Virus record (IMG/VR): IMGVR_UViG_3300025382_000784
Location: 1 to 26,125 of that record
Length of the DNA: 26,125 nucleotides
Strand: one strand, 5' to 3'
Origin: a virus
Taxonomy: Duplodnaviria; Caudoviricetes
Every line of letters starts with the position of its first letter. The first letter of the stretch is position 1. The notes beneath the pieces are model-generated. The model was not told where the DNA came from, ran no database searches, and saw only the letters and a list, made by a program, of their open reading frames with translations. Positions 1 through 8,179 of this stretch are shown here, one piece after another. The position numbers were made by a program, and so were the translations under genes.

Positions 1-1
1 A

Positions 2-280
2 AAGGATTGCGATGTATATCTTAAAACAGCCGCAATACTTGCCGCCTATGTTGACCAGAGTATAAGTACTAACACATTTTACAATCCAGCACATTGGGCA
101 GATCGTAAAGTGCCAACTACATTGATTATTAAAAATCTAATGCAGGCACATATTTGGGGGTTGAAGACATTCTACTACAGTTTAATTAACAAAGCTGGTA
201 GTAAGGCTGTTGAAGATATACAACCGTTAGAAGTAATAGACTTTGATAACGAAGAAGATTGCGAGGCTTGTAAACTATAA
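2..280 (+). CDS. nrdA: Ribonucleotide reductase class Ia alpha subunit, C-terminal fragment (runs off window start)
   Basis: Manual translation from position 2: ...YVDQSISTNTFY...WGLKTFYYS...EEDCEACKL*; DQSIS, KTxYY and C-terminal CxxC are NrdA signatures; TAA 278-280 overlaps next ATG. Confidence 0.95.
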   Translation, partial: KDCDVYLKTAAILAAYVDQSISTNTFYNPAHWADRKVPTTLIIKNLMQAHIWGLKTFYYSLINKAGSKAVEDIQPLEVIDFDNEEDCEACKL

Positions 281-882
281 TGCATCTAAATCCAGTATTT
301 TCGATACCTCTTTGGTCGGACATTTTATACGAAATATCTGATCAAAACTTATCCGATGCAGAAACTTATTTGCATCAATTGAATCGTCAAGATAATTTTG
401 GAAGAAATATTTCCAATCGAGGAAAATCTTTTCAAAGTAAGACTAAGTTCACAGAAGATTTTGTCGACACACCTTTAGAAAATATTTTAGAAATTATTCT
501 TACACGTTTACAAAATTGCATGGCAGACTTAGATTCTCCAAAAGAATTAGAATTCGAATCATTATGGTTTAATATTAATTCCGAATCTGGTTACAATGTT
601 GTCCATACTCATAGCGGAATTTTATCCGGCACATTTTATATTAGTATACCCGAACCTGCGGCACCATTGAAAATTACTAGAGAATTTGATATGATAAATC
701 ATTTTTGGGGATCTATCGAAAGTCGTCATCGTACACCGATAACTTCTACGGTTGCTACTCTAGTACCAGAACCTAAATTGTTAGTAGCCTTTCCTAGTTT
801 TATGCCTCACGGTGTAGAACAGAATATGGCAAAAGAAGATAGAATAAGTCTATCATTTAACACAAGAATAAAACGAACATGA
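280..882 (+). CDS. Putative 2OG-Fe(II) oxygenase (TIGR02466-like phage family)
   Basis: WFNIN...YNVVHTHSG..SGTFYI...FPSFMPHGV...RISLSFN pattern of this family. Confidence 0.85.
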   Translation: MHLNPVFSIPLWSDILYEISDQNLSDAETYLHQLNRQDNFGRNISNRGKSFQSKTKFTEDFVDTPLENILEIILTRLQNCMADLDSPKELEFESLWFNINSESGYNVVHTHSGILSGTFYISIPEPAAPLKITREFDMINHFWGSIESRHRTPITSTVATLVPEPKLLVAFPSFMPHGVEQNMAKEDRISLSFNTRIKRT

Positions 883-1979
883 GCCAAGCACAATATAATT
901 TAAACACAAAGACAGACTATCTCAATCGAAAGATGTTCTTGGATCCTGCAGGTCCAGTGACCATTCAAAGATTTGAGGAAGTAAAATATAAAAAGATTGC
1001 AGACTTTGATGCAACAGCACGTGGATTCTTTTGGCAACCAGAAGAAATTAGTTTGAGTAAAGATGCTAATGACTTTAAAGATGCCAGCGAAGCTATCAAA
1101 CACATCTTTACAAGCAATCTATTACGACAGACTGCGTTAGATAGTTTACAAGGACGCGGCCCAACACAAGTGTTTACACCAGTATGCAGTATTCCTGAGC
1201 TAGAAGCATTAATGTATAATTGGGGATTTTTTGAAACAAACATTCATAGCAAAAGCTATAGTCATATAATCCGTAACATTTATAATGTGCCTAAGGATAT
1301 ATTCAACACTATTCACGACACACAAGAAATTGTTAGTATGGCATCAAGTGTTGGCAAATATTATGATGCACTTCATCTTATCAATTGCCGTAAAGAAGCC
1401 GGAGAAAAGATCAATGAACAAACACATATTAAAGCTATTTGGATGGCTCTTAATGCTAGTTACGCCCTCGAAGCCTTTCGCTTCATGGTATCATTTGCAA
1501 CTTCTCTTGCAATGGTAGAGAATAAGATTTTTATTGGTAATGGCAACATTATCAGTTTGATTCTACAGGATGAACTACTACACAAAGGTTGGACTGCTTA
1601 TATTATCAATCAAGTAGTCAAAGAAGATCCACGTTTTGTAGAAGCCAAAGAAGAATGTGAGCAGGAAGTTTATCAAATGTACATGGATGTTATCCGTGAA
1701 GAAAAAGATTGGGCAGTCTATTTGTTTAAGAAAGGTCCGGTAATCGGCCTTAATGCAAATATTCTAATTGATTTTGTCGATTATACCGCGGTCAGTGCTT
1801 TAAAGGATATCGGTATTAAGTATCAACAGACTGCTCCAAAATCAACTCCGATTCCTTGGTTCAATAAACATTCAGATACAAGTAAAAAACAAACTGCACT
1901 ACAAGAAAACGAATCGACTAATTATGTAATTGGTATTATGGGAGAAGGTATTGACTACGATGCCTTGCCTGCGCTATAA
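879..1979 (+). CDS. nrdB: Ribonucleotide reductase class Ia beta subunit
   Basis: FFWQPEEISL, LDSLQGRGP, ETNIHSKSY (radical Tyr), LEAFRF, DELLH, C-terminal QENESTNY. Confidence 0.96.
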   Translation: MSQAQYNLNTKTDYLNRKMFLDPAGPVTIQRFEEVKYKKIADFDATARGFFWQPEEISLSKDANDFKDASEAIKHIFTSNLLRQTALDSLQGRGPTQVFTPVCSIPELEALMYNWGFFETNIHSKSYSHIIRNIYNVPKDIFNTIHDTQEIVSMASSVGKYYDALHLINCRKEAGEKINEQTHIKAIWMALNASYALEAFRFMVSFATSLAMVENKIFIGNGNIISLILQDELLHKGWTAYIINQVVKEDPRFVEAKEECEQEVYQMYMDVIREEKDWAVYLFKKGPVIGLNANILIDFVDYTAVSALKDIGIKYQQTAPKSTPIPWFNKHSDTSKKQTALQENESTNYVIGIMGEGIDYDALPAL

Positions 1980-1980
1980 T
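1951..1980 (+). promoter_or_regulatory. Possible sigma70 promoter for grx inside nrdB 3' end
   Basis: TTGACT (1951-1956), 18 nt, TATAAT (1975-1980). Confidence 0.4.
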
Positions 1981-1997
1981 AACACAAAGGAAATATT

Positions 1998-2222
1998 ATG
2001 ACAGCTATTGTATGGAGTAAAAATCAATGTCCTTATTGCGATCAAGCAAAGGCATTGTTAAAAATGAAAGGTATTGAATTCGAAGAACGCAATATTAATA
2101 AAGATTACACACGTGAACAATTACTGGAAGCAGTACCCAATGCCAGAACTGTGCCGCAGATATTTTTAGACGATAAATTAATAGGCGGGTTTACAGAACT
2201 CAAAAAACATTTCGAAGGATAA
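1998..2222 (+). CDS. grx: Glutaredoxin
   Basis: CPYC active site, TVPQIF, IGGF; follows nrdB; AAAGGA RBS. Confidence 0.95.
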   Translation: MTAIVWSKNQCPYCDQAKALLKMKGIEFEERNINKDYTREQLLEAVPNARTVPQIFLDDKLIGGFTELKKHFEG

Positions 2223-2224
2223 AC

Positions 2225-2521
2225 ATGTTAATCAATAAAGGTATTGCAGAAGGCGAAATCGTAACAATCAAAACCACAGCAGGTGAAGAAATTGTCGCCA
2301 AGCTAGTGTCGGATGGCCCATTAGGTGTTACTGTTAAGAAACCACTTTGCTTAACGGCAACTAAGGATGGAGTAGGCCTTGTTCCATTTTTGTTTACTAC
2401 AAGTTCGGATATCGATATTACTATTAATAAGAATAGTATTATGGTATTGGCTCCAACTATGAAAGATGCGGCTGACACATATATCCAGCAGACTACCGGC
2501 ATTAAATTGGCAACAGCATAA
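2225..2521 (+). CDS. Conserved phage hypothetical protein, possibly Sm-like fold
   Basis: 98 aa beta-rich; VTIKTTAGEEIVAKL start resembles Sm-like proteins of T4-like phages. Confidence 0.55.
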   Translation: MLINKGIAEGEIVTIKTTAGEEIVAKLVSDGPLGVTVKKPLCLTATKDGVGLVPFLFTTSSDIDITINKNSIMVLAPTMKDAADTYIQQTTGIKLATA

Positions 2522-2829
2522 TGGGATCTGTTTCATTAGCAGGCGATACAAATGCACATGGCGGCGCACCTTTTGATAAAGGGCTGTCGACTAATGTATT
2601 GATCAACGGCAAAGGAGTAGTTCTTGTCGGCCAAACCGGCAGTAATGAAAATGATGATCTTTATAATAGAAATCCTCGTGGCCACTCACAAGGTATTGCG
2701 GCTAACCAAACAGCGGCCGCCGGTAGCGGAACTGTTTTCATAAACGGTAAATCCGTACATAGAGTAGGCGATGCAAGAATCGACGGAACAACCGCAGGCC
2801 CTGGATCGGGCGATACCAATTGCGGTTGA
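2521..2829 (+). CDS. PAAR-motif spike tip protein
   Basis: LAGDTNAHGG, NVLINGKGV, GSGTVFINGKSVHRVGD PAAR-type repeats. Confidence 0.8.
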   Translation: MGSVSLAGDTNAHGGAPFDKGLSTNVLINGKGVVLVGQTGSNENDDLYNRNPRGHSQGIAANQTAAAGSGTVFINGKSVHRVGDARIDGTTAGPGSGDTNCG

Positions 2830-2854
2830 CAAACATTTTTTAGTGTGTTAAACT
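2826..2854 (+). promoter_or_regulatory. Sigma70 promoter (extended -10)
   Basis: TTGACA 2826-2831, 17 nt, TGn-TAAACT 2849-2854. Confidence 0.75.
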
Positions 2855-2892
2855 AGATATAAGTACTCTGTACTTGCCTAAAGGAGAATTAA

Positions 2893-3087
2893 ATGGCTAC
2901 AAATAAATTTGCAGAATTCACTGCAATCATCGAAGCAATGGAATCAGATTTTGAAAAGTTTTACGATAAAGAAGTAGGTGCCGCAGGCACTCGCGTTCGT
3001 AAGCATTGTCAAGATTTGGCTAAATTGTGCAAAGAAACACGTAACGATGTTACGGCAGTCAAAAACGCACGTAAAGAGTCAAAATAA
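2893..3087 (+). CDS. Histone H1-like Hc1-family small protein
   Basis: 64 aa; DFEKFYDK..GAAGTRVRK...LAKLCKETR resembles the Hc1 core; AAGGAG RBS. Confidence 0.65.
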   Translation: MATNKFAEFTAIIEAMESDFEKFYDKEVGAAGTRVRKHCQDLAKLCKETRNDVTAVKNARKESK

Positions 3088-3141
3088 GTCAACTAAATAT
3101 TAGTCTAAGGCGTTATTATATTATACGCTAAGGAGTATATT

Positions 3142-3465
3142 ATGAAAAAGATAGTTTTTGCTTTATCATTATTGGCATTAGTCGGATCAGCAAGTGCCCA
3201 TGAAGGTTTTTATCATCGTGGTGGTTGTTGCTATCGTGGCGGCTACGGCTTAGGGTGGGTTGCACCGGCAGTAGTAGGTGGAGTAATTGGATACGAATTA
3301 AGTCGTCCAAATACAGTGGTTGTTGAACAGCCTCCAGTTGTTTATACACAGCCTTCAGTTGTTTATACACAACCAACTGTTCAAGCACCTCCAGCAGGTA
3401 TGCATTGGCAAGAAATGATTGACCCCACATCCGGTGTACATAAAATTGTAGCGGTGCCAAACTAA
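3142..3465 (+). CDS. Small secreted Gly/Pro-rich protein
   Basis: Signal peptide MKKIVFALSLLALVGSASA, Gly/Tyr-rich segment, hydrophobic VVGGVIG, QPPVVYT repeats; AAGGAG RBS. Confidence 0.75.
   Translation: MKKIVFALSLLALVGSASAHEGFYHRGGCCYRGGYGLGWVAPAVVGGVIGYELSRPNTVVVEQPPVVYTQPSVVYTQPTVQAPPAGMHWQEMIDPTSGVHKIVAVPN
3328..3374 (+). repeat. 21-nt in-frame tandem repeat (QPPVVYT/QPSVVYT/QP)
   Basis: cagcctccagttgtttataca / cagccttcagttgtttataca / caacc. Confidence 0.85.
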
Positions 3466-3466
3466 T

Positions 3467-3847
3467 ATGGCATATAGCGACAAAGTAATCGATCATTACG
3501 AGAACCCACGTAATGTAGGATCTTTTGATAAGAATGATCCTACAGTGGGTACTGGTATGGTCGGTGCACCTGCTTGCGGTGATGTCATGAAACTACAAAT
3601 AAAGGTAGATGAAGATGGTATTATTAGAGATGCTCGTTTCAAGACATACGGATGTGGAAGTGCAATCGCCAGTTCTAGCTTGGTCACAGAATGGCTCAAA
3701 GGAAAAACGTTGGACGAGGCGGGAAGTATTAAAAACAGCGACATCGCCGAAGAGTTGGCTCTTCCACCTGTTAAAATTCACTGCTCAATCCTCGCAGAAG
3801 ACGCAGTAAAGGCCGCAATCAATGATTACCGTAACCGACAAAGCTAA
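3467..3847 (+). CDS. iscU: Fe-S cluster scaffold IscU
   Basis: DHYENPRNVG, GAPACGDVM, FKTYGCGSAIASSS, LPPVKIHCS. Confidence 0.97.
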   Translation: MAYSDKVIDHYENPRNVGSFDKNDPTVGTGMVGAPACGDVMKLQIKVDEDGIIRDARFKTYGCGSAIASSSLVTEWLKGKTLDEAGSIKNSDIAEELALPPVKIHCSILAEDAVKAAINDYRNRQS

Positions 3848-4148
3848 GGCTAAGATTAAAGAAAATCTTACCAAACGCGGCAAGGGCGTCGGTATTCGTA
3901 TAGGTGTAAGAACTACAGGTTGTAGTGGATTAGCGTATGTGTTAGAGTATGTGGACCAGTACGAAGGAACAGAAGGCATAATCAATTATGCTCAAAATGA
4001 TTTCTGTGTGCTAGTTAGTTTGAAAGATGAACCATACTTAACAGGGCTAACAATGGATTGGGTCCGCAATGGACTCAACGAAGGATTTGATTTTCAAAAT
4101 CCAAACGAGCGTGACCGTTGTGGTTGCGGAGAAAGTTTTCGAGTATAA
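3822..4148 (+). CDS. iscA: A-type Fe-S carrier IscA/HesB
   Basis: GVRTTGCSGLAY and NPNERDRCGCGESF. Confidence 0.94.
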   Translation: MITVTDKAKAKIKENLTKRGKGVGIRIGVRTTGCSGLAYVLEYVDQYEGTEGIINYAQNDFCVLVSLKDEPYLTGLTMDWVRNGLNEGFDFQNPNERDRCGCGESFRV

Positions 4149-4154
4149 ACTCCG

Positions 4155-4183
4155 TTGACATAATTTGAACAAACTAGTATAAT
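4155..4183 (+). promoter_or_regulatory. Consensus sigma70 promoter
   Basis: TTGACA 4155-4160, 17 nt, TATAAT 4178-4183. Confidence 0.9.
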
Positions 4184-4214
4184 ACTAGTATTGTTATAAC
4201 TTTTGGAGTTAAAA

Positions 4215-4526
4215 TTGACACCAGATCAGCAAGATTTTTGGAATTGTTTAAAATTTGATGCACAATACTTTGCTCATAGTTGCGGCAAAGATATGAAGGG
4301 AAAGTCAGAAAACAAAGTGAATAAAGAAGCTCAAAATTATCTTGATTTGGCCATGGGGCATTTGTCAGTAGAAGATCTAACTGGGGTAGTTAAAACCTGG
4401 CTTAGTTATTATCATTTACCATTGGATCCTAACAAGTTAGGTGAGCCATATGATAAATTTCACAAAAAGTACGGTGCTTGGATTGCCAACAATGCTAAAA
4501 ATATTACAATGATTGGATGTTACTAA
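4215..4526 (+). CDS. Hypothetical protein (TTG start at 4215 preferred over 4203)
   Basis: ORF follows promoter; GGAG at 4205-4208 spaced for TTG 4215. Confidence 0.6.
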   Translation: MTPDQQDFWNCLKFDAQYFAHSCGKDMKGKSENKVNKEAQNYLDLAMGHLSVEDLTGVVKTWLSYYHLPLDPNKLGEPYDKFHKKYGAWIANNAKNITMIGCY

Positions 4527-4924
4527 TGAGTATGCATCTATTACCGCCCATGTATTCAACTACAGGCAAAAAGAAAGGCAAAAAGAAATTCGCTTCAGCA
4601 GAACACGCAAGGAAAGCTAGAGAATTGGACGAGTCATGGAAGGAACTTCAGAAAAAATGGGGTATCGAAGCAGAAGAAAAGAAACGCAGTCGTGCGTTAT
4701 CTGCTCCTAATTTGAATACAGCATACAAATTAACTATTCCAGAAGGTCGTAATACAACAGCGCACATCAAAAGTTTGGGTACAAATTCGGGTGTTGCAAC
4801 ATTATCACCAGCTAAGGTTTATACTGGTGATAAGGTAAAGGGCATTGCAACCATGCATAAAAGCAACGCAGTGCCGGTTTTTAGTGATGAACAAGCAGTT
4901 GACATTTCTCGTATGAGGCGTTAG
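4517..4924 (+). CDS. Conserved basic phage hypothetical protein (start may be 4526)
   Basis: Lys-rich; C-terminal YTGDKVKGIATMHKSNAVPVF motif familiar from T4-like phage hypotheticals. Confidence 0.75.
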   Translation: MLLMSMHLLPPMYSTTGKKKGKKKFASAEHARKARELDESWKELQKKWGIEAEEKKRSRALSAPNLNTAYKLTIPEGRNTTAHIKSLGTNSGVATLSPAKVYTGDKVKGIATMHKSNAVPVFSDEQAVDISRMRR

Positions 4925-5095
4925 ACTGTGTATAAGTATAAACATAGTACTTTTCCTCTAGAAACAGAGGATAACTATATATTGTCCCCAAAAGGTTTTG
5001 GGGCAACGGCTATTAACTTTAGGAGAAATAGATACAGCCAAACATTAACCAATGACGGTAGTAGCGATACCTCATCCAGCGTAAAGGAGACAAAA

Positions 5096-5629
5096 ATGAT
5101 ACGCATTATCAAAATAGGAATCAATATACTAGTGGCAATGTCAATAGTATTTGTAGCACAATTAGCAGTTTCAAAGAAATTTGAACATCTCAAACAAGCT
5201 CGAGAAACAGCGAGTCCGATTACAGCACAAATGAGACAAGCACAATTAGATTGTCTAGCTCGTAATATATACCATGAAGCAGGCAGTGAGCCGTTTGAAG
5301 GCAAAGTAGCTGTCGCACAAGTTACAATCAACCGTGCAGAAAGTAGCCAATTTCCCGGCGATATCTGTAAGGTAGTATATCAAAAGAATATAGTATACGA
5401 AAAAGTTTTTTGCCAATTTAGTTGGTATTGTGAAAATCCAGGTGCCAGCTTAAAACCAATGAATGGCCCAGTTTACACAGAATCAATGGAAGTGGCCAAA
5501 AAAGTATTACTGGAAGGTTTTAGACTTCCAGATTTGAAAAATGCTTTATATTTTCACGGTGACTATGTACAGCCCGGCTGGAACAAAAAACCCGTAGCCA
5601 AGATTGGCCATCACATATTCTATAATTAA
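5096..5629 (+). CDS. SleB/Hydrolase_2 family cell wall hydrolase with N-terminal membrane anchor
   Basis: CLARNIYHEAGSEPFEGKVAVAQVTINR, CQFSW, ALYFH, IGHHIFY; AAGGAG RBS supports ATG 5096 rather than 4928. Confidence 0.92.
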   Translation: MIRIIKIGINILVAMSIVFVAQLAVSKKFEHLKQARETASPITAQMRQAQLDCLARNIYHEAGSEPFEGKVAVAQVTINRAESSQFPGDICKVVYQKNIVYEKVFCQFSWYCENPGASLKPMNGPVYTESMEVAKKVLLEGFRLPDLKNALYFHGDYVQPGWNKKPVAKIGHHIFYN

Positions 5630-5637
5630 GGATTAAC

Positions 5638-5985
5638 ATGAACACACAAGCATTTGTAGCAACTTTTAAATCAAAAATTCATGATTTGTTTGATTTAGAT
5701 TTATGGGTCAAGAACATCAAAGAACATGCTCCGCACGTAAGCGCAGAAACTATGGGTTGGGTAGCAGTAATATTATTGCATCTAGCTACCGTCCCTACTT
5801 TACTAGCAGTTTTGACAGGATTAACCGAAAAAATGCCTCCTGTAGACTTAGTACTTTTTAGTTGGGCAGGATTGTTTTGCTTTTTTATCAAGGCCGCAAT
5901 TCAAAAAGATTTTTTGAATATTGTAACCATTGGTTTTGGCTTTTTCTGCCAAGCGGCTATGCTTGCTTTAATTGTGTTTAAGTAA
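5638..5985 (+). CDS. Hypothetical membrane protein (about 3 TM segments)
   Basis: Three hydrophobic segments; AAGGA RBS. Confidence 0.75.
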   Translation: MNTQAFVATFKSKIHDLFDLDLWVKNIKEHAPHVSAETMGWVAVILLHLATVPTLLAVLTGLTEKMPPVDLVLFSWAGLFCFFIKAAIQKDFLNIVTIGFGFFCQAAMLALIVFK

Positions 5986-6027
5986 TTCTGTGGCTAAATA
6001 TAACTAATAAACTAGGAGTAGGCAATT

Positions 6028-6720
6028 ATGGCCGGATCAGGATACCAACAAGACAGTAATCAAATAACACCAGGGTTGTACCGCGTGGTGTTAACTATGA
6101 CAAATACAACATATTACCCAAATGCGTCAGGAACAGTTGCGCAAAACGGTAGTGTAAACCCATACGATTGGAGTAACTCAGCATACACCAATGCTACTAC
6201 AATGACAGCCGCTCAAGCTACATACCTAGCACAAGGAAATGTACGTTGGAATAACATTCTAAACGGATTGGACAATGTAGCCGACTGCCGCATTTTGAAC
6301 GTGGTCGTAGGTGGTAACACAAACGGTACAGATGCTACCACTCAGCCAACCAGTGTTGCTTTCACTGTAGAATTCTTCAGAGATGAATTTGTATTAGGTG
6401 AGTGGAACAATTATTTAAAATCAATTGGACAATCAACAAGTGGTACATACACTAATGCAGACGGACTAGCTGGTAATACAGCCTATGTTGGCATTGGCGG
6501 AACAGCAGTTACTACTATTCCGTTAGCAATACAAGACATTGTTACTAACGCAATTATGCAGTCTACTAGCCGTACATACAGAACATTTAATCCACCAACA
6601 AGTGGCGACAGTCAACAAAAGATTTCTGTCGTTGCTCCAAGTGCTACAGCATCAAATATTTTTGGTACTGTAGGTGTCACACAAGTATCGGGCACAACAT
6701 TGTCTGGAACTCCTGTTTAA
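6028..6720 (+). CDS. Thr/Ser/Gly/Asn-rich protein, possibly virion structural
   Basis: Low charge, beta-rich composition; TAAATA 5995-6000 and AGGAG upstream. Confidence 0.65.
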   Translation: MAGSGYQQDSNQITPGLYRVVLTMTNTTYYPNASGTVAQNGSVNPYDWSNSAYTNATTMTAAQATYLAQGNVRWNNILNGLDNVADCRILNVVVGGNTNGTDATTQPTSVAFTVEFFRDEFVLGEWNNYLKSIGQSTSGTYTNADGLAGNTAYVGIGGTAVTTIPLAIQDIVTNAIMQSTSRTYRTFNPPTSGDSQQKISVVAPSATASNIFGTVGVTQVSGTTLSGTPV

Positions 6721-6743
6721 TCTAATTTAGAAAACGCTACTGG

Positions 6744-7907
6744 ATGATATTAGCTTACTTACTCCTTTTAACTGGTCTAACAATTTCAGCAGTGGCGATT
6801 TACTATAGTGTAGTAGGTCTCACCGCAATATTCTCTGCGGCAGTAATTCCAATTATAATTATGGGGTCGGCTTTAGAAGTCGGCAAACTTGTCTGCGCCT
6901 CTTGGCTAAAAGCCAACTGGGAACGTGCTCCACGTTTCATGAGATACTATATGACCATTGCGGTTGTAGTACTAATGCTCATTACCTCAATGGGTATTTT
7001 TGGATTCCTTTCGAAAGCACATAATGACCAAAACCTTGTATCGGGCGACGTTCAAAGCAAAATCGCTATTTTTGATGAAAAGATCAAAACTGCCAAAGAA
7101 AATATCGAAGCCGACCGTAAACAACTTAAACAGATGGATGAGGCAGTGGACCAGATCATGGGTCGTTCGTCGGATGAAAAAGGTGCCGACAAAGCCAACG
7201 CTGTACGTAAGAGTCAGCAGAAGGACAGGGTTTCGCTTGCCAAAGACATTGAATCCCAACAGAAACTTATTGCTAGTCTTAACGACGAAGCGGCTCCAAT
7301 ACGTGCAGAAGTACGCAAGGTCGATGCCGAAGTTGGCCCTATTAAGTATATCGCTGCCTTTATCTATGGTACCACACCAGATGCCTCCATGCTCGAACGA
7401 GCCGTTACTTGGATCATCATCTTAATTGTTATTGTATTTGATCCGCTAGCAGTTATCATGTTATTGGGTGCTCAAATGACATTTGGATGGGCTCGAGAAC
7501 AAAAAGAAGAACAAGCACATCCTACTATTGCAGAATTGGATACGTTTGTTGGTGAAAAGCCGACAGCCGAAGAACTGGAGACTACTCCAGTGGACAATAC
7601 TATTGTAGAAGTATCTAGAGATATTGGGCCATTACCTCCATTATTTCCAGATCCTGTGCCAGAGCCAACTGCTGACAGTGAACGTTCGATTCCGATGACA
7701 GACGAAAGCGAATTGGAAAAATGGAATAAAATGATCGAAGAAGCAGAACGTCAAGTGGCAGAAGAATCTACTCTAGAAGAAAGATTAGCTTCGGGTGAAA
7801 CATACATCAATGAACAAGGTGTAGAAGTGCCTTTAGATGAAGAATCAAAAAAAAAGACTTACATGATCAAGAACGAGCAGGGACAGATGGAAATCAAGAA
7901 TCGGTAG
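6744..7907 (+). CDS. Membrane protein with coiled coil and acidic tail; has a candidate -1 frameshift isoform ending at 8179
   Basis: 3 N-terminal TM segments, coiled coil, TM with FDPLAV, acidic C-terminus; in-frame A_AAA_AAG at 7850-7856. Confidence 0.85.
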   Translation: MILAYLLLLTGLTISAVAIYYSVVGLTAIFSAAVIPIIIMGSALEVGKLVCASWLKANWERAPRFMRYYMTIAVVVLMLITSMGIFGFLSKAHNDQNLVSGDVQSKIAIFDEKIKTAKENIEADRKQLKQMDEAVDQIMGRSSDEKGADKANAVRKSQQKDRVSLAKDIESQQKLIASLNDEAAPIRAEVRKVDAEVGPIKYIAAFIYGTTPDASMLERAVTWIIILIVIVFDPLAVIMLLGAQMTFGWAREQKEEQAHPTIAELDTFVGEKPTAEELETTPVDNTIVEVSRDIGPLPPLFPDPVPEPTADSERSIPMTDESELEKWNKMIEEAERQVAEESTLEERLASGETYINEQGVEVPLDEESKKKTYMIKNEQGQMEIKNR

Positions 7908-8179
7908 GCTATGTACAAAATCAAGAACAAAAACCAAACAGTTTATGGGCAAGAGTAATAGGCATAAATCCAATAGATCAATTATATAAAGAGTACAGTG
8001 ACCATAAATTTACAGACTTTACAGTAGATGCTACAACAGAACCTGAATTGGCTGCATTTGTGGAAGAAACCAAACAGTATGGTCCACGCTTTAGTGACTA
8101 TCCTTTAGAAAAAATAACATACTTTGAAGAGCGAATACATGAACTTAGGTCGAATAACACTGATAACACCGCCGGATAA
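7856..8179 (+). CDS. -1 frame extension (107 codons) of the 6744 gene, no ATG of its own
   Basis: Manual translation DLHDQERAGTDGNQESVGYVQNQEQKPNSLWARV...NTAG*; frame closed upstream by TGA 7838-7840; fills the 7908-8138 gap. Confidence 0.7.
   Translation, partial: DLHDQERAGTDGNQESVGYVQNQEQKPNSLWARVIGINPIDQLYKEYSDHKFTDFTVDATTEPELAAFVEETKQYGPRFSDYPLEKITYFEERIHELRSNNTDNTAG

Noticed and set aside
280-882. Homing endonuclease or intron in the nrd locus
   Set aside because: No HNH, GIY-YIG or LAGLIDADG motif; nrdB is uninterrupted
4928-5095. N-terminal extension of the hydrolase ORF
   Set aside because: Strong AAGGAG before ATG 5096 and hairpin-rich sequence suggest a UTR
4950-5095. c-di-AMP (ydaO) riboswitch before a cell wall hydrolase
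   Set aside because: Conserved ydaO sequence blocks were not recognisable
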